A stretch of DNA of 60,000 nucleotides from Mobula hypostoma (Eukaryota). Below, one piece after another: positions 25,991 through 38,169 of the stretch (positions within the stretch are counted from its first letter, which is position 1; every line of letters begins with the position of its first letter). The notes under the pieces are model-generated. The model searched no databases, was not told where the DNA came from, and worked only from the letters and a program-made list of their open reading frames with translations. The translations under genes were made by a program, and so were the position numbers. The stretch covers positions 149,732,001 through 149,792,000 of the forward strand of contig NC_086097.1 in the NCBI RefSeq assembly GCF_963921235.1, in the 5' to 3' direction.

Positions 25991-27500
25991 TCTTTTTTGT
26001 GAACCACGGAATCCATGGAAGAGAAATGGAACCAGGTCAACGTTGACCCATAGGAAGTGCCTCAGAGAATAAAAGTTATATTTTCACCATAATGGGATCT
26101 GATATATCAGTCAAACTGAGCTATAGGCATCTCCTTTCCCATGGAATTCCTTGGACATTATTTGCCTAATAGTCACATGATCACATTCACCAAGGTAAGG
26201 AGGACACTATCAATGCCACATGTCAAGACCTGAAGTCTTTGAGGATGTATGTATTAATCTCAAGTCAGTCTGTTCCTGAGAATCAGACATGCTCACAGCT
26301 CTAGCAGTCTGGGTTCAGTCTTGTCCTCCACTGAAGTCTGCGTGCAGCTTGTGATGATGTGGGCTTCCTTCAGAAGTGGTTTAAAGGGCCTGTTTCCATG
26401 CTGTGATTCTGTGCCTAAAACATTAAGAAAGGCTGTGCAGATGTATTAGTGTGAATGGTAAATCTGGTGCAGGTTGATTGATTATTCCTTCTGACAAATA
26501 CTATGTGTCTGGCACATGGTATTGTTACTTGCCTTGCCAGAATCCTTAACGCGAGTCATCTGTCCACTAGTGTTGCCTGAAATCACAACCTATTCTCCTC
26601 CATCTTTAGCAAACAGTGGTCTTAAATCATAGAGGACAAGCTGTTAGCAACCGTCTCTTGCGGCAGATTGCCCACTTCCGCACTAGTTCTACAAACAGGT
26701 GTGGGAGTGGGCGGCAGGGGGGATTTAAGTTCTATTTATTACCTCAACAGTATGTGCTTTCAGTCTCGGGATTAATTCTTTTCTCTTGTGCTATCAATCT
26801 GAATCCCTTTTTATAAAGCACCAGGATTTTAACATGAATTATTTAGTCACTTGTATTTCTGTGGTGGTGTTAATGCTAGACAGCAGCCTCTTGTAATTCT
26901 GTACGGCTTTTTGTTATAATTGGTGCTTAAGCAGGGAACATACTTGGATAAAGATAACTAATTTCTCCCTCGGTGTTTTACCAGTCTGCTGATTCATCCT
27001 CCTTGTCCAGGGTATGGAAAATGACAGTACATCTAATATTCCACAGCCACAATCCAGTACCTATTGTGTAACATTAAACAGTGAATGTGTTTAATATCCA
27101 AGAGCTTTCACGGGGCTCTAGAGTGTTACTGACGACTTGGCCCAGTCTTCTCCTTTCCCAAATGCACTTCTGAGATGATTGATTAATTTGAGACCTGCAG
27201 CCTTTGCCACAGTTGGTGCAGGAGATGTTTAGTGAGATGGGAAGTTAGTGAGCTCCTTATGCCATTTATGCTTGGCTTCTGTACACTTCTGTATAAATGG
27301 ATTCAAGATAATCAATGTTACTCTGAATGTTCATTGTACAGAAACACATGATTATAAATGTCTTTTCCCTTATGGTATTAAGGTGCTAAGATAAATTAAT
27401 GGCTCACCAAAGAATAACTATTTAGTTTACTTCCATAATAGACAGTACAGAGTCAACTTTTAATCTCTACTCATGAGGTTGTGTTCTCTTCCTGTTTCAG

Positions 27501-27635
27501 TGCAAGTCTTTCCTCAGAGGTTCAGTTTGTTTTTGGGTTGCCTCTCCATCCTGACTCAGAACAGATGTTCACGGTACAAGAGCAAAGCTTGTCACTCACT
27601 ATAATCCAGTACATTGCCAACTTTGTCAAATCGGG
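27501..27635 (+). CDS. TG: Thyroglobulin, third-last exon (cholinesterase-like domain)
   Basis: Pyrimidine tract with ttcag acceptor and gtaagt donor, 135 bp, phase 2/2. Encodes ASLSSEVQFVFGLPLHPDSEQMFTVQEQSLSLTIIQYIANFVKSG, similar to human TG ..ADVQFALGLP..EEKSLSLKIMQYFSHFIRSG (from memory). The cholinesterase catalytic His position is occupied by Leu. Confidence 0.95.
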
Positions 27636-28870
27636 GTAAGTAGTAATTCTTTACCTCACAACCCCACTCTTGGGATAAATACCATGAGGACTAAAGGGGA
27701 CCACAAATCATGAAAGACATTGAGAGATACAAAGTTCTAGAATAAAAGGGAAAGCAAGAGAGAAAAAGTGGGAAAAAAGTGTGAAGTATGATACTCTTCA
27801 TAACAGGGTATTAGCATTAACGTAATGACTTTCAAACTTCTTGCTACAATACTGTTAATAACAAACAATGCATTCATGTGTTTTATTTTACATTTTAAAG
27901 AATCAGACCAATTTAGTACTCCAAAATCCATCCTCTGCTTGTGTTTTCATCTATCGCATTTCCCCACTGAATTGTGTTTGTGGACTATTATGTTAAATGT
28001 AACGAGATTTTTGTTTTATGCTATGTATCTGAAATTTATAGTATTCTGGTCCCTTGAATGTTCTTGAATGTAATTATTCTTCTTTTGCTAGCCTTGCCTT
28101 TAATTACCAAAGCCCTCGATTCCATTATTCCATCCCTACCTCTTTTAAACTTCTCTCTCCCCCACCCCACCTTTAAGAAAACCATTAAAACCTATCTCTT
28201 TGAGCAAGTTTTGGCTCTTCTGTCCGAATATCAGCTTTTATGGTTTAGGTACTAATTCTTTCCCAAAGCACTTCAGTGAAGATTTGCTGCATTAAATCCA
28301 TTACATTTAACCAGTTTAGAATTGTTTAGGATTTAGTGGCTTATTCGCCTCCATGTTATTTTTAATTGACTTTCATCCAGTAATAAAGATCAATATGCAA
28401 AAAGTTAAAATGGAAACTTCCAATGTAAAGTTGGTTGGCTCTAATTAGCAGTCGTAATTCAGTAATTCCTCAGTTTAACTTGGCATAAGAATTTTAGAGA
28501 AGCTCCTCCTGTTGACTTCAAATGTGTAATCCAACAGGAGATTAAGTAACATAGAAGATAATGTTCATTTTAGAACTCAGCTGGATCAAACAATCTACAC
28601 TCTCTTCAGGCCCATCTTGCTTTAGTACCAACTACTGAATATGCAAATCATTCAATCACAAATTCCACTTGTTTAATCAGTAACTTTGATCATGTGTATA
28701 ATCTTAGTTATAATGCTGAACACAGATAATATTTCATGAACATGGGATAGGTCTTTCTTCAAATTCTGCATGTACACTTCATGGGCAAGGATCCCCAAGA
28801 GTAGTTTAAGGTCAACAAATTAACCCTGTGTTGTATTTTTAAATGTACTTATTTATTTCTGTTTTGTCAG

Positions 28871-29064
28871 CAACCCCAACTACCCCTTCACCTTCTCCAG
28901 AAAATCTGCTGATGATACTCTGCCACTGTGGCTCAATTTTTTTGATAATATGGATGGCAACAACTATAAAGAATTCACAAACTGCCTGGAAAATAGAAAA
29001 GGTCTGAAGAAAGCGGAGTGCTCATTCTGGTCCGACTATGTTCCGATGCTGCAAGCATCCACAG
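28871..29064 (+). CDS. TG: Thyroglobulin, penultimate exon
   Basis: ttttgtcag acceptor and gtgaat donor, 194 bp, in frame with the previous exon. Encodes NPNYPFTFSRKSADDTLPLWLNFFDNMDGNNYKEFTNCLENRKGLKKAECSFWSDYVPMLQAST, matching the TG signature NPNYP..NYKEF..GLKKAxCSFWS. Confidence 0.96.
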
Positions 29065-29114
29065 GTGAATACAAGTGAGATTTGAAATTGTAGGTAATAA
29101 ACCAAAGCAGAGGC

Positions 29115-29545
29115 ACCAGAGAGACTGCAAATGCTGGAAATCTGCTGTAATACACAGAAAACGTTGGAGGAACTCAATAGGTCAGGCAGCATCTATGAAG
29201 AGAAGTGAACAGTTGAGATTTGGGTCAAGATTCTTTATCAGGACTGGGGGGGGGGAGAAAGAGGTCAGAAGCCAAAATAAAAGGATGGGGGTGGGGAAGA
29301 ATGAATTGGTTGATGGTAGGTGAATCTAGGTGAGAGAAGGAAGGTAGGAAGTTGAGGGCATGGCAGGAGTGAATGATGTGAGAAATTAGGAGATAATAGA
29401 TGAAAGATGCAAAGGGCCGAAGACAAAGGAATCTCATAGGAGATGTCAGTAGACCATGCCCCATTTCTTTTTAGTCCAAATGTAGAGTCTCAGCACAAAA
29501 CAATGAATAACAAGTTGAGTTCCTCCAGCATTTTGTGTGTGTTGT
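29115..29545. mobile_element. Degenerate PLE terminal-repeat unit (inverted arms)
   Basis: CTGCAAATGCTGGAAATCT..GGAGGAACTCAA..GCAGCATCTATG in one orientation; TGAGTTCCTCCAGCATTTTGTGTG at ~29515-29545 in the other. Confidence 0.7.
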
Positions 29546-30747
29546 TAAGTCAAAGCCCAGTTTTTGTATCCCATGATTATTACTGTCTCCTTCCAATCTT
29601 ATAATTATCCTCTCCTGCTTCCAGCACAGTGCCAATGCGATTCAGAATGACAGTATGTAAAGAGCTCTTCTAGCATCATTCTTGTTGGTGTGGTCTTCAC
29701 AGTTCTCTCATTTTATCTGATAGGTTGCTTTTCTGCCGACAATTCCAATTTTCTCAGTTATCCTGAATGAGGTCAGGAACTCACAAAAGCGAAGCTGTAT
29801 TCATCCATTTTGCTGCCTTGCAGTTTTTTCCATTTGAAACATTATTGGTCACCTCTCACTTGCTTCCACACTGCAACAAATTCACATGAAGTTGCATTTG
29901 CTTTCAAATGAAACCAAATGAAACTGATCATACAGTTAAGGAAGTCCATTGTACCCGACAGTAAAATTGATCATTATTTGAATGTATTGAGAGCTACAAA
30001 TGCAAAAATTTTGTTTATCCCTTCTGAATAGGGAATGGGAATGTCTGTCCTGTGTTAGCTCTGCTCCCATGTGTGTGTGATGTGTGAATTCATAATGTAT
30101 GAGGCCAGAAGCAGTCTCAATCAGGAAGCCAAATACGTTTATAAAGCCTACTCTCCTTTGAGTGTTAGAACTCATTCATTTTGATGAGTTCTAACACTCA
30201 CAAAATAGGTTGTTATTCAAGGAATCAATAATGGCAGGAAAGGAAGGGAGAGTTGAAAATATCCTGCTTAAAATGTAGGAAGTTAGGATACTCATTTAAT
30301 CTATGCAGTTATTTAGTAGATGAAATGAATCAGAGTAAAACACAATTCTTGCGCTAAACTCACTTCTTCAGAAAGACTGCATCTATTCAACTCCCCACAC
30401 ATCCTGTTAAAAAAAATGTACCACATGTTCTCATTGAGGATTCTTACGGAAGTCAGATTACAAAAGATCTAGAATATTTAAGGAGCAAACAGCTGCCTTT
30501 TGTTCACTCTGGGCTGTTTGGATGTATATTTAGAAACCAAAAGAATAATCATTCTCAAATTTTCAGAGGCTTTACTGTTCTGGCAAAAGACGGATGGATC
30601 AGATTGCTCCTTCTCCTTCCCACCTTTCCTCATACCAGACTTCCCTTTCCTTTCTCGTCTTTGATTCATGCTGCGAGATATTTCAATGTGCCAAACTTTC
30701 ATATACGAGTGCAGAATGTGAATATCAATAGGCTATTCCAACAAGCT

Positions 30748-31059
30748 TCATCATAGGCATCCGCTAGTCTTGTGAGACCATGGATTTGCGCCTTGGAAGG
30801 TTTTTCCAGGGCGCAGGCCTGGGCAAGGTTGTATGGAAGACCAGCAGTTGCCCATGATGCAAGTCTCCCCTCTCCACGCCACCAATGTTGTCCAAGGGAA
30901 GGGCACTAGGGCCGATACAGTGTGGCATCGGTGTCATCACAGAGCAATGTGTAGATAAGTGCCTTGCTCAAGGACACAACAAGCTGCCTCAGCTGAGGCT
31001 CGAACTAGCGATCTTCAGATCACTAGACTGACGCCTTCACCACTTGGCCATGTGCCAAC
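30748..31059 (-). mobile_element. tRNA-headed SINE with RTE-derived body and tail
   Basis: Minus strand: A box TGGCCAAGTGG, B box GTTCGAGCC, tail GCCTATGATGA. 13-bp TSD ATTCMAACAAGCT with one mismatch (30735-30747 / 31060-31072). Second copy at 55165-55444. Confidence 0.85.
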
Positions 31060-32034
31060 ATTCAAACAAGCTAGGCATCACCCTAACCCAATCATATCTC
31101 ACTCAATTCTCTCAAAAGACAACTTTTTTCTTGCCTAATTCATACATCTACAAAGATGGGAACAGAAATTTCAAAGGGAGACTGTTCTACAATAAATATA
31201 CAAGATACTTTGTTGGCCTAATCCATGTAGAGTTGATGCTCATAGGACATAATCCTCGCTAATCCAGGCAATATCCTATTGACGTTCTTCCTATAATACA
31301 TTGACCAGCACAGCACACAATGCTCCAAACACAGCCTAACCATAAGTTTATACAACTGCATAACAACTTCCTGACACATGTACTCATTTGCCTTCATTGG
31401 CTGGGGAATTATGCCTTCTTTGCCATCCTATCAATCTATGTTCCACTTTCAGAGAACAGTGGACTTGAACCCTAAAACTCCTCAATGATGTTCAGGGTCC
31501 TGTCACGTACTATCTACTTTTTCCTTACATTTGATGTAAAAAATGCAACTCCTCACATTTGCTCAGATTAAGTTTTCCTCAACCATTTCTCCAATTTATC
31601 TAAATCCTGCTCTATGAAAAGCCAACTTTGAATTCATATCAGGGAGCAAGTGGTTAACTTTGAAGCAAATCCCTATTGAAGATAGTGGAAGAATTTACCA
31701 CTGTTTTGTTCAACTTAATGTAAAATAACTAGGAAAAAGTACTGTGCCATCAACCTCCGAGAAATTTTAGATATGACCTCCAGTAAGAGCAGTAAGCCTG
31801 ACAAGCAATGGCTGCCCATGAACCACTAGTTGACAAGTATTTCCACCACATCCTGTATTCTGGTTCTGCTATAGAAGTTGGAGAAACAAGAGACTGCAGG
31901 TGCTGGGACCAGGAGGAACAGAAACTGGGGATCTCAATGGACCAGGCAGCATCTATGGAGAGAAATGAATGTTCAATATTTCTGATGTAGACCATTTATC
32001 TGGAAGTCCAATCATCTACCACATCTTACATTCC

Positions 32035-33470
32035 TATAGAACATAAAATAATAAAGCAATACAGTTCAGAAACAGGCCCTTTGGGCTACAATCCATGTGC
32101 CAACATTGATACCAATGCAAACTAACCCCATCTGCCTACGTACAAGATAAGGTCATAAGACCAGATGATATAAAAGCAGAATTAGGCCATTTGGCCCATC
32201 ATGCCTGATCCAATTTTCCTCTCAGTCCCAATTTCCTGCCTTTTCCCCGTACCTACTCATGCTCTGACCAGTCAAGAGTCTATCAACTGGTATTACCATA
32301 TAATCTATATCTCTCCCTCCTGTCTGTTAATGTGTGTCTAAATGCCTCTTAAGTGTTGTTTGCACCATCTACCCTGGCACCTACCAATCACTACTTAAAC
32401 AAACATGCTCACAAATCTCCTTCAAACCTGCCCTCTGTCACCTTAAACCTATGGCCTCTATATGCAATTTCCATCCTGGAAAAAAAAAACTCAGACTGTC
32501 TACCCTCACTATGGCTCTCATAAATTTTATACACTCCGATCAAATTGCTCCTCATCTTTTGAAGCTCCAGATAAAGCAATCTAGGTTCATCCAATCTCTC
32601 CTTGTAGCGAATTTCCTAATCCAGGCAACCTCCTGGTGAACCTCTTCTGTACCCTCTCCAAAGTATCAACATTCTTCCTATAGTATATTGATCTGAAATG
32701 CACACAATATGCCAAGTGTAAAAGTTCTATTTCCCGACTTCTATATGCAGCATCCTGACTGATGAAGACAAGGATATCATATGCTTTTTTTGGCCCCTGA
32801 TCTACTTATGTTGTCACTTTCTGGAAGCTATGGTGTCGGACCACAAGACCCATCTGTACTTCAGTGCTTCTAAGGGCCTTGCTACTTACTGCATACTTTC
32901 CTCACACAGAGTGCAGCAACTTATATTTGCCCACATTGAACTCCATCTGCCAGTTCTCAAATGGTATTGCCAACGGGACTCTGTTCTGCTGAAACCTTCC
33001 TCACTATTCAAACTCCTTCAATTTTTGTGTTCTCTGCAAATTCACTAATCAGCCAGCCCAAGTTTAATCCAAATCATTTAAAAGCAAGCAATGACCCCTG
33101 CAGAACATCACTGGTTACAGATATTAGTCTGAATAACAATCCTCCACTAAGCCCATGCCAATTTTGAATCCAGTCTAATATGTCTCCATGAGTCCCATGT
33201 GCTTAATCTTCTGGATCAGCCTATGATGAGGGATTTATCGATGCTTTACTGAAGTTCATGTATACACATCCACTGTCCTGCCCTCATCATTCCTCTTCAT
33301 CATCTCTACAAAAGCACAAAGTTTGCAAAACATGAGCTCCCCTACACAAAGCTATGTTAATTATTCTAAATGTTTATGTTTTTCCTGACGCAAGTAGATC
33401 CTATCTCTGACTATAGTCTCCAATAATTTCCTCAAAGTTCACTAGCTTATAATTTCCTGTTATGTTTTCA
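32035..33470 (-). mobile_element. Degenerate CR1 LINE fragments (with a nested CR1-type 3' tail at ~32150-32290)
   Basis: MRSNLIGVYKI..RGHRFKV on the minus strand, with CR1 3' UTR motifs. Confidence 0.7.
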
Positions 33471-33599
33471 CTGATTTGAAAGTAACTTGGGCCAATATTC
33501 AGGCCAAATTTTTTTACAGATTTTGCATATAGATTGTCAAGTCAAAAGGAAAGAAATCTCAAATTTAGCTTTGTGAAAAATTCTGATTCTGATTATGGA

Positions 33600-36020
33600 A
33601 GCTATTTCAGTGGGTGAAGAGTCATGGAAGACTGAACACAACTCCTTAAGCTTTAAGGGAGCTATTAATCAGGATAAGTATGGACCTTGTGGGGAAGTAT
33701 TAAATTGGAGCAGGGCAAATTATGGGAGCATTACGCAGGAACTAAGGAGAGTTAATCTGGAAGAACTGTTTTTGGGCAAGTCCACATCTGAGATGTGGAG
33801 GGCATTTGAAGACTAATGTTCCAGTAAGAAGAAAGGACAAGGATGGCAAGGTAAAAGAACCTTGGATGTCAGGAGAGGTGATGAACTTAGTCAAGATATG
33901 TTAAGCTTAGAAAGCTAGAATCAAATAGAAGCCTTAAGGATTATAAAGAAAGAAAGAAAAGATCCAAAGAAGGGAATTAAGAAAGCTAGGAGGGGTCATA
34001 AGAAGTCCTTTCAAGAAGGATTAAAGGGAATCCCAAGGCATTCTATACATACATCAGGAACAAGAGAGGGTAACTAGGGAAGAGGATAGGACCACTCAAG
34101 GATAAAAGGGGAACATTTACTTGGATGTGGAGGATGTGCATGAGGTCCTTCATGAGTACTTACAACAAATATTTACTAATGAGAAGGATGTAGAGAATAG
34201 GAAAATCAGTGCTGAGCATTTTGATATACTGGGGCATTTCAAGGTAGAGGAGGAGGCAGTGGTGTGTCTCTTAAAGAACATTGAGGTGGATTATCCCAAG
34301 GCCTGATGGGATATACCCAGGTTATTGAGACCGACAAAAAAAAAGGGAGAGATTGCTGGGGCATTGATCAATATCTTTGTGTCCTTTCTAGCCTCAAGCA
34401 AGGTCCCAGAGGATTAGCAAATAGCTAATGTTGTTCTATTATTCAAGAAGGGAGTGATGGTTAATCCTGAAAACTATAAACCAGCGAGTCTCATGTCAGT
34501 GGTAGGGAAGTTACTGGAGAAAATTCTTAGGGATAGAGCTTTTAGAAATCCATGGCCTAATTAGGGAGAGCCAGCATGACTTTGTACAGGGCAAGTCGTG
34601 TCTTACTAACCTGATAGTTTTATTCCACCCCCTCCCCTCCAACAAGGTGATGCGGATGATTGATGAAGGTAGCTGTGCATGTTATCCACGTGGATTTTAG
34701 TAAGGTATTTGACAAGGTCCCTCATGGGAGGCTCATCCAGTAGATTAAGATGCATGGGGTCCATTGTGATTGGCCATTTGGATTCAGAACAGGCATGTCT
34801 ATAGAATATAGAGTGTACCGGCTGAAGGGACTTACTCTAGGTGGAGGTCTGTCATTTGTGGTTTTCCACGGGGCTCTGTACTGGGACATCAGCTGTCTGT
34901 GATGTATAAAAATTACCTGGATGAAAATATAGAAAGGTGGGTAAGTAAGTGTGCAGATGATAGGAAGATTGGTGGTGTTGTGGATAGTGTAGAAAACTGG
35001 CAAAGAATCCAACAGGATATGGATCAGTTGTAGGTATGGATTGAGAAATGGCAGGTGGAGTTTAACCCAGCCAAATGCGAAGTGTTACACCTTGGTAGGT
35101 CAAACAAAGAGGCAGTACAATATTAAGGGTAAGATTTTGAACAGTGTTGCTGAGTAGAGGGAACTTGAGATCCAAATTCATAGCTCCCTGAAACTGGCTG
35201 CACAGGTTGATAGGGTGGTTAAGAAGGTACATAGCATGCCTGCCTTTATTAATTGAGGCTTTGAATTCAAAAGTCAGGGAGTTATATTAAACAGAAGATA
35301 GTCTACAGACACTGGAAATTTTGAGCAACACATACAAAACGCTGGAGGAACTCAGCAGCTCAGGCAGCATTTATGGAAAATAATAAACAGTTTCTCCTTC
35401 AGGCTGAGACGTTTCATCAGGTCTGCCTGACCTGCTGACTTCCTCCAGGAAGTAACGTTACAGCTTTATAGAACTCAAGTTAGGCCGCATCTGGAATATT
35501 TTCACCTTATTATCAGAAGGGTCGAGGCTTTGGAGAGGGTACAGAAGAGATTTATCAAGGATGTTGCCTGGATTAGAGGGCATATACCATAACAAGAGAT
35601 TGGACAAACCTGCTTTCATTTTCTCTGGAACGGTGGAAGCTGAAGGGAGATCTGGTGGAGGTTTATAAGATTTTGAGAGGCATAGAGTTGACAGACTATC
35701 CTTTTTCCCCAGCATTGAATTGTCTAATACCAAAGGACATGTATTTAAGGTGAGAGGGAATAATTTCAAAGGAGATGTGAGAAGCAAGCCCCCCCACCCC
35801 CGCCAACAAAGAGGATGCCTGGAATGCACAGCCTGGTGTGGTGGTAGAGCAGAAACAGACACTTTTAAGATACATTTTGATAGATACGTGAATGTGAGAA
35901 AAATGGAAGGATACAGATGTGTAGGCAGAAAAGATTAGTTAGCCATTTGATTACTGATTTAATTGGTTCAGCACAACATTGAGGGCTGACGGGCCTGTTC
36001 CTACACTACTCTTCTATGTT
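33600..36020 (+). mobile_element. Decayed CR1 LINE ORF2 and 3' UTR within the last TG intron
   Basis: VLNWSRANY, NYKPASLMSVVGKLLEKILRD, DFSKVFDKVPHGRL, TKGHVFKVRG. A PLE inverted mini-unit is inserted at ~35300-35450. Confidence 0.9.
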
Positions 36021-36720
36021 CTGGGTTCTGTATCCTCAAGCCAGTTGCTGATGAAAAGTTTGCTGGAAAATTGTAGTCCATAAGGAGTTATTTATGCAGC
36101 GATTTCTTCAGTAGATTATAGTTAGTGAGACAGAATCTGTGACATGCAAGTTTAAAGCTGGATTGTGAAAGGAATAAACTCAAGGTCTAAATGGCCTTTT
36201 CTCATTCATTATCTGGAACTAAGTATGTGACGAGGGGGTCAGGGTATTTGTTTCTCCTGGGATCAATAAGAAATTATGGACACATTTTTGTATGTGTATG
36301 TGCCCCTCCAATGGGGACAGGTTCAAATTCCACCTCACTCCTCTTACAGGAAGTACTTTGTGAAGATGGTTTTAAAAAAAGCACATAATTGCTTCATTAA
36401 TATTATTTAATTTTCACTATGAATAATTGATGCTTGTAAAAGGAGGAAAGAAAAGTTTGGATTTAGTTAAGAGGTGTCATTGTGGGATGCTATCTGACTG
36501 GAATGAATAATTGCAATACTGGCAGCTGTGTACACACGGCCATACCACTTACAATGATTTTCACATGTTCCATTTTTAATATTAACCAGTGTTTTCTATC
36601 ACTGTTGTCAGTTAGAATTTTTAATCTTACCCAATCTAAATTTCATACAAACTTAGACTATTATCCATGTTATGCCACCTGCACTGTGCCTAAGACTTTC
36701 ATCCACATTTTGTATTTCAG

Positions 36721-36821
36721 GTGATGTCTCTGAGAATAAGACAAGCATAGTTCAACATGAGCCTGTACTCCCACCACCAATCACACAAAGCCAACCACTG
36801 CAAGGAGAAGCTTATCAATAA
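36721..36821 (+). CDS. TG: Thyroglobulin, last coding exon
   Basis: ttttgtatttcag acceptor, phase-compatible with the preceding exon (G|GT). Encodes GDVSENKTSIVQHEPVLPPPITQSQPLQGEAYQ*, with the C-terminal Tyr typical of TG, followed by AATAAA signals. Confidence 0.85.
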
Positions 36822-36914
36822 TGTATAATGTTTGAAGTCTTCAGTGACAAACACATTCTTTCTGATTAACCTTGGAAGAAAATTAATACAACATGAGAGA
36901 ATAGAAAATAATGA

Positions 36915-36932
36915 AATAAAATAATCAATAAA
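36915..36932 (+). terminator. TG polyadenylation signals
   Basis: AATAAA at 36915-36920 and 36927-36932, about 95 nt after the stop, with GT-rich CCTGTGTGGTTCCTTT downstream. Confidence 0.7.
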
Positions 36933-38169
36933 AATGTTATTCCTGTGTGGTTCCTTTGCCTAACCATCAGCATTATTCTAACATACATTATGTTATCAAG
37001 AGAAAAATCCACAACTGACTGGTATAGAAGTCATAATTTGCTTAGATTATTTTGTAAAATTTGTATATTTCAAACAAGAGAAAAATTTATAGATGCTAGA
37101 AATCCAAGCAACACACACAAAATGCTGAAGGGTTTCATCCAGGAATATGGACTATACTCTTTTCCATTGATGCTGCCTGGCCTGCTGAGTTCCTCCAACA
37201 TTTTGTGTGTAATAATTGTTAATATATTTTATTGTTCAGTTGATAGCTAAAACCAAGTGAATTCAACAGTTGTGAACAGATAAGAACAGACTCTGAATTG
37301 TTTGAAGTCTGAAAAGCAGCTTTCCAATACATGTTGTATTTATGGATAGGAAGAAATTAAAAGACTTAAAATACTCAGCAGGTGGAGCAGCATCGGCAGA
37401 GGAGAGAAACAGGGGACACTTTGCACATCAAAGTGGCTCTTAATTAGATTTGCAAATTATTGGAAGTGAAGCACATTTTAAATAGTTGAAAAAAAACAGG
37501 AAGACACAACAACAACTAAAGGAAAGGTCGGTGAGTTGGTGAAGATAAGGGTTTATGGAATATAGTAAACCATTTTGGAAGAAATAGAATTAGATTGCTT
37601 TTTGACCTAAAGGAGGTTTTTGGGTCCCCAGCTTGCAGGAAGGGAGTGTGTAAAATGTAAGGTTTTGCATCTCTTGTAATTTCATTACAAATGGCACAAA
37701 CAGTGAGGGTGGTGTTAGTTAAAAGACATTGGTTGACTTCCATGTAGATAGGACAACATAAATAAAATCAGAAACCGCAGAAAGCACAAGAGGAAAAACA
37801 ACCCTGAAAATCCATCCATCTACATCGTGTCCGATACTGAAAATATCTGGTAATGTGGACTCTGACAAACACTCCTAACAGGAGACACAGAGTCGAGGCA
37901 AATTCCAATACCAAGAAACCACCTGATTCTCAAAAAAAGTTAAGGCGGTGAAATATTGCCCAAGGTAACAGAGAGTTGAGTGACTTCCCTGATGCAACTG
38001 TGAGCAGAAACTTGTGAGGTAAGGCTAGAAACTGTTTCAGTCACTTGGAATGATCCAGGAACAAGAAAGTTGAGACACAAAGTGCTTCGACCTCCACAGA
38101 AAGAGCAGCTAGGCACAAGTGTGTGGAGGAGTATATTCCCACAGAATATTGGTAAATAAGTGTATATAT

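Noticed and set aside
27501..29064. Exons as an active cholinesterase, carboxylesterase or neuroligin
   Set aside because: The catalytic His is absent, and the NPNYP / GLKKAECSFW signatures and Tyr-terminated tail fit thyroglobulin.
30985..31059. tRNA-like A/B boxes (also at ~55172-55235)
   Set aside because: These are SINE heads followed by a repeat body and TSDs, not tRNA genes.
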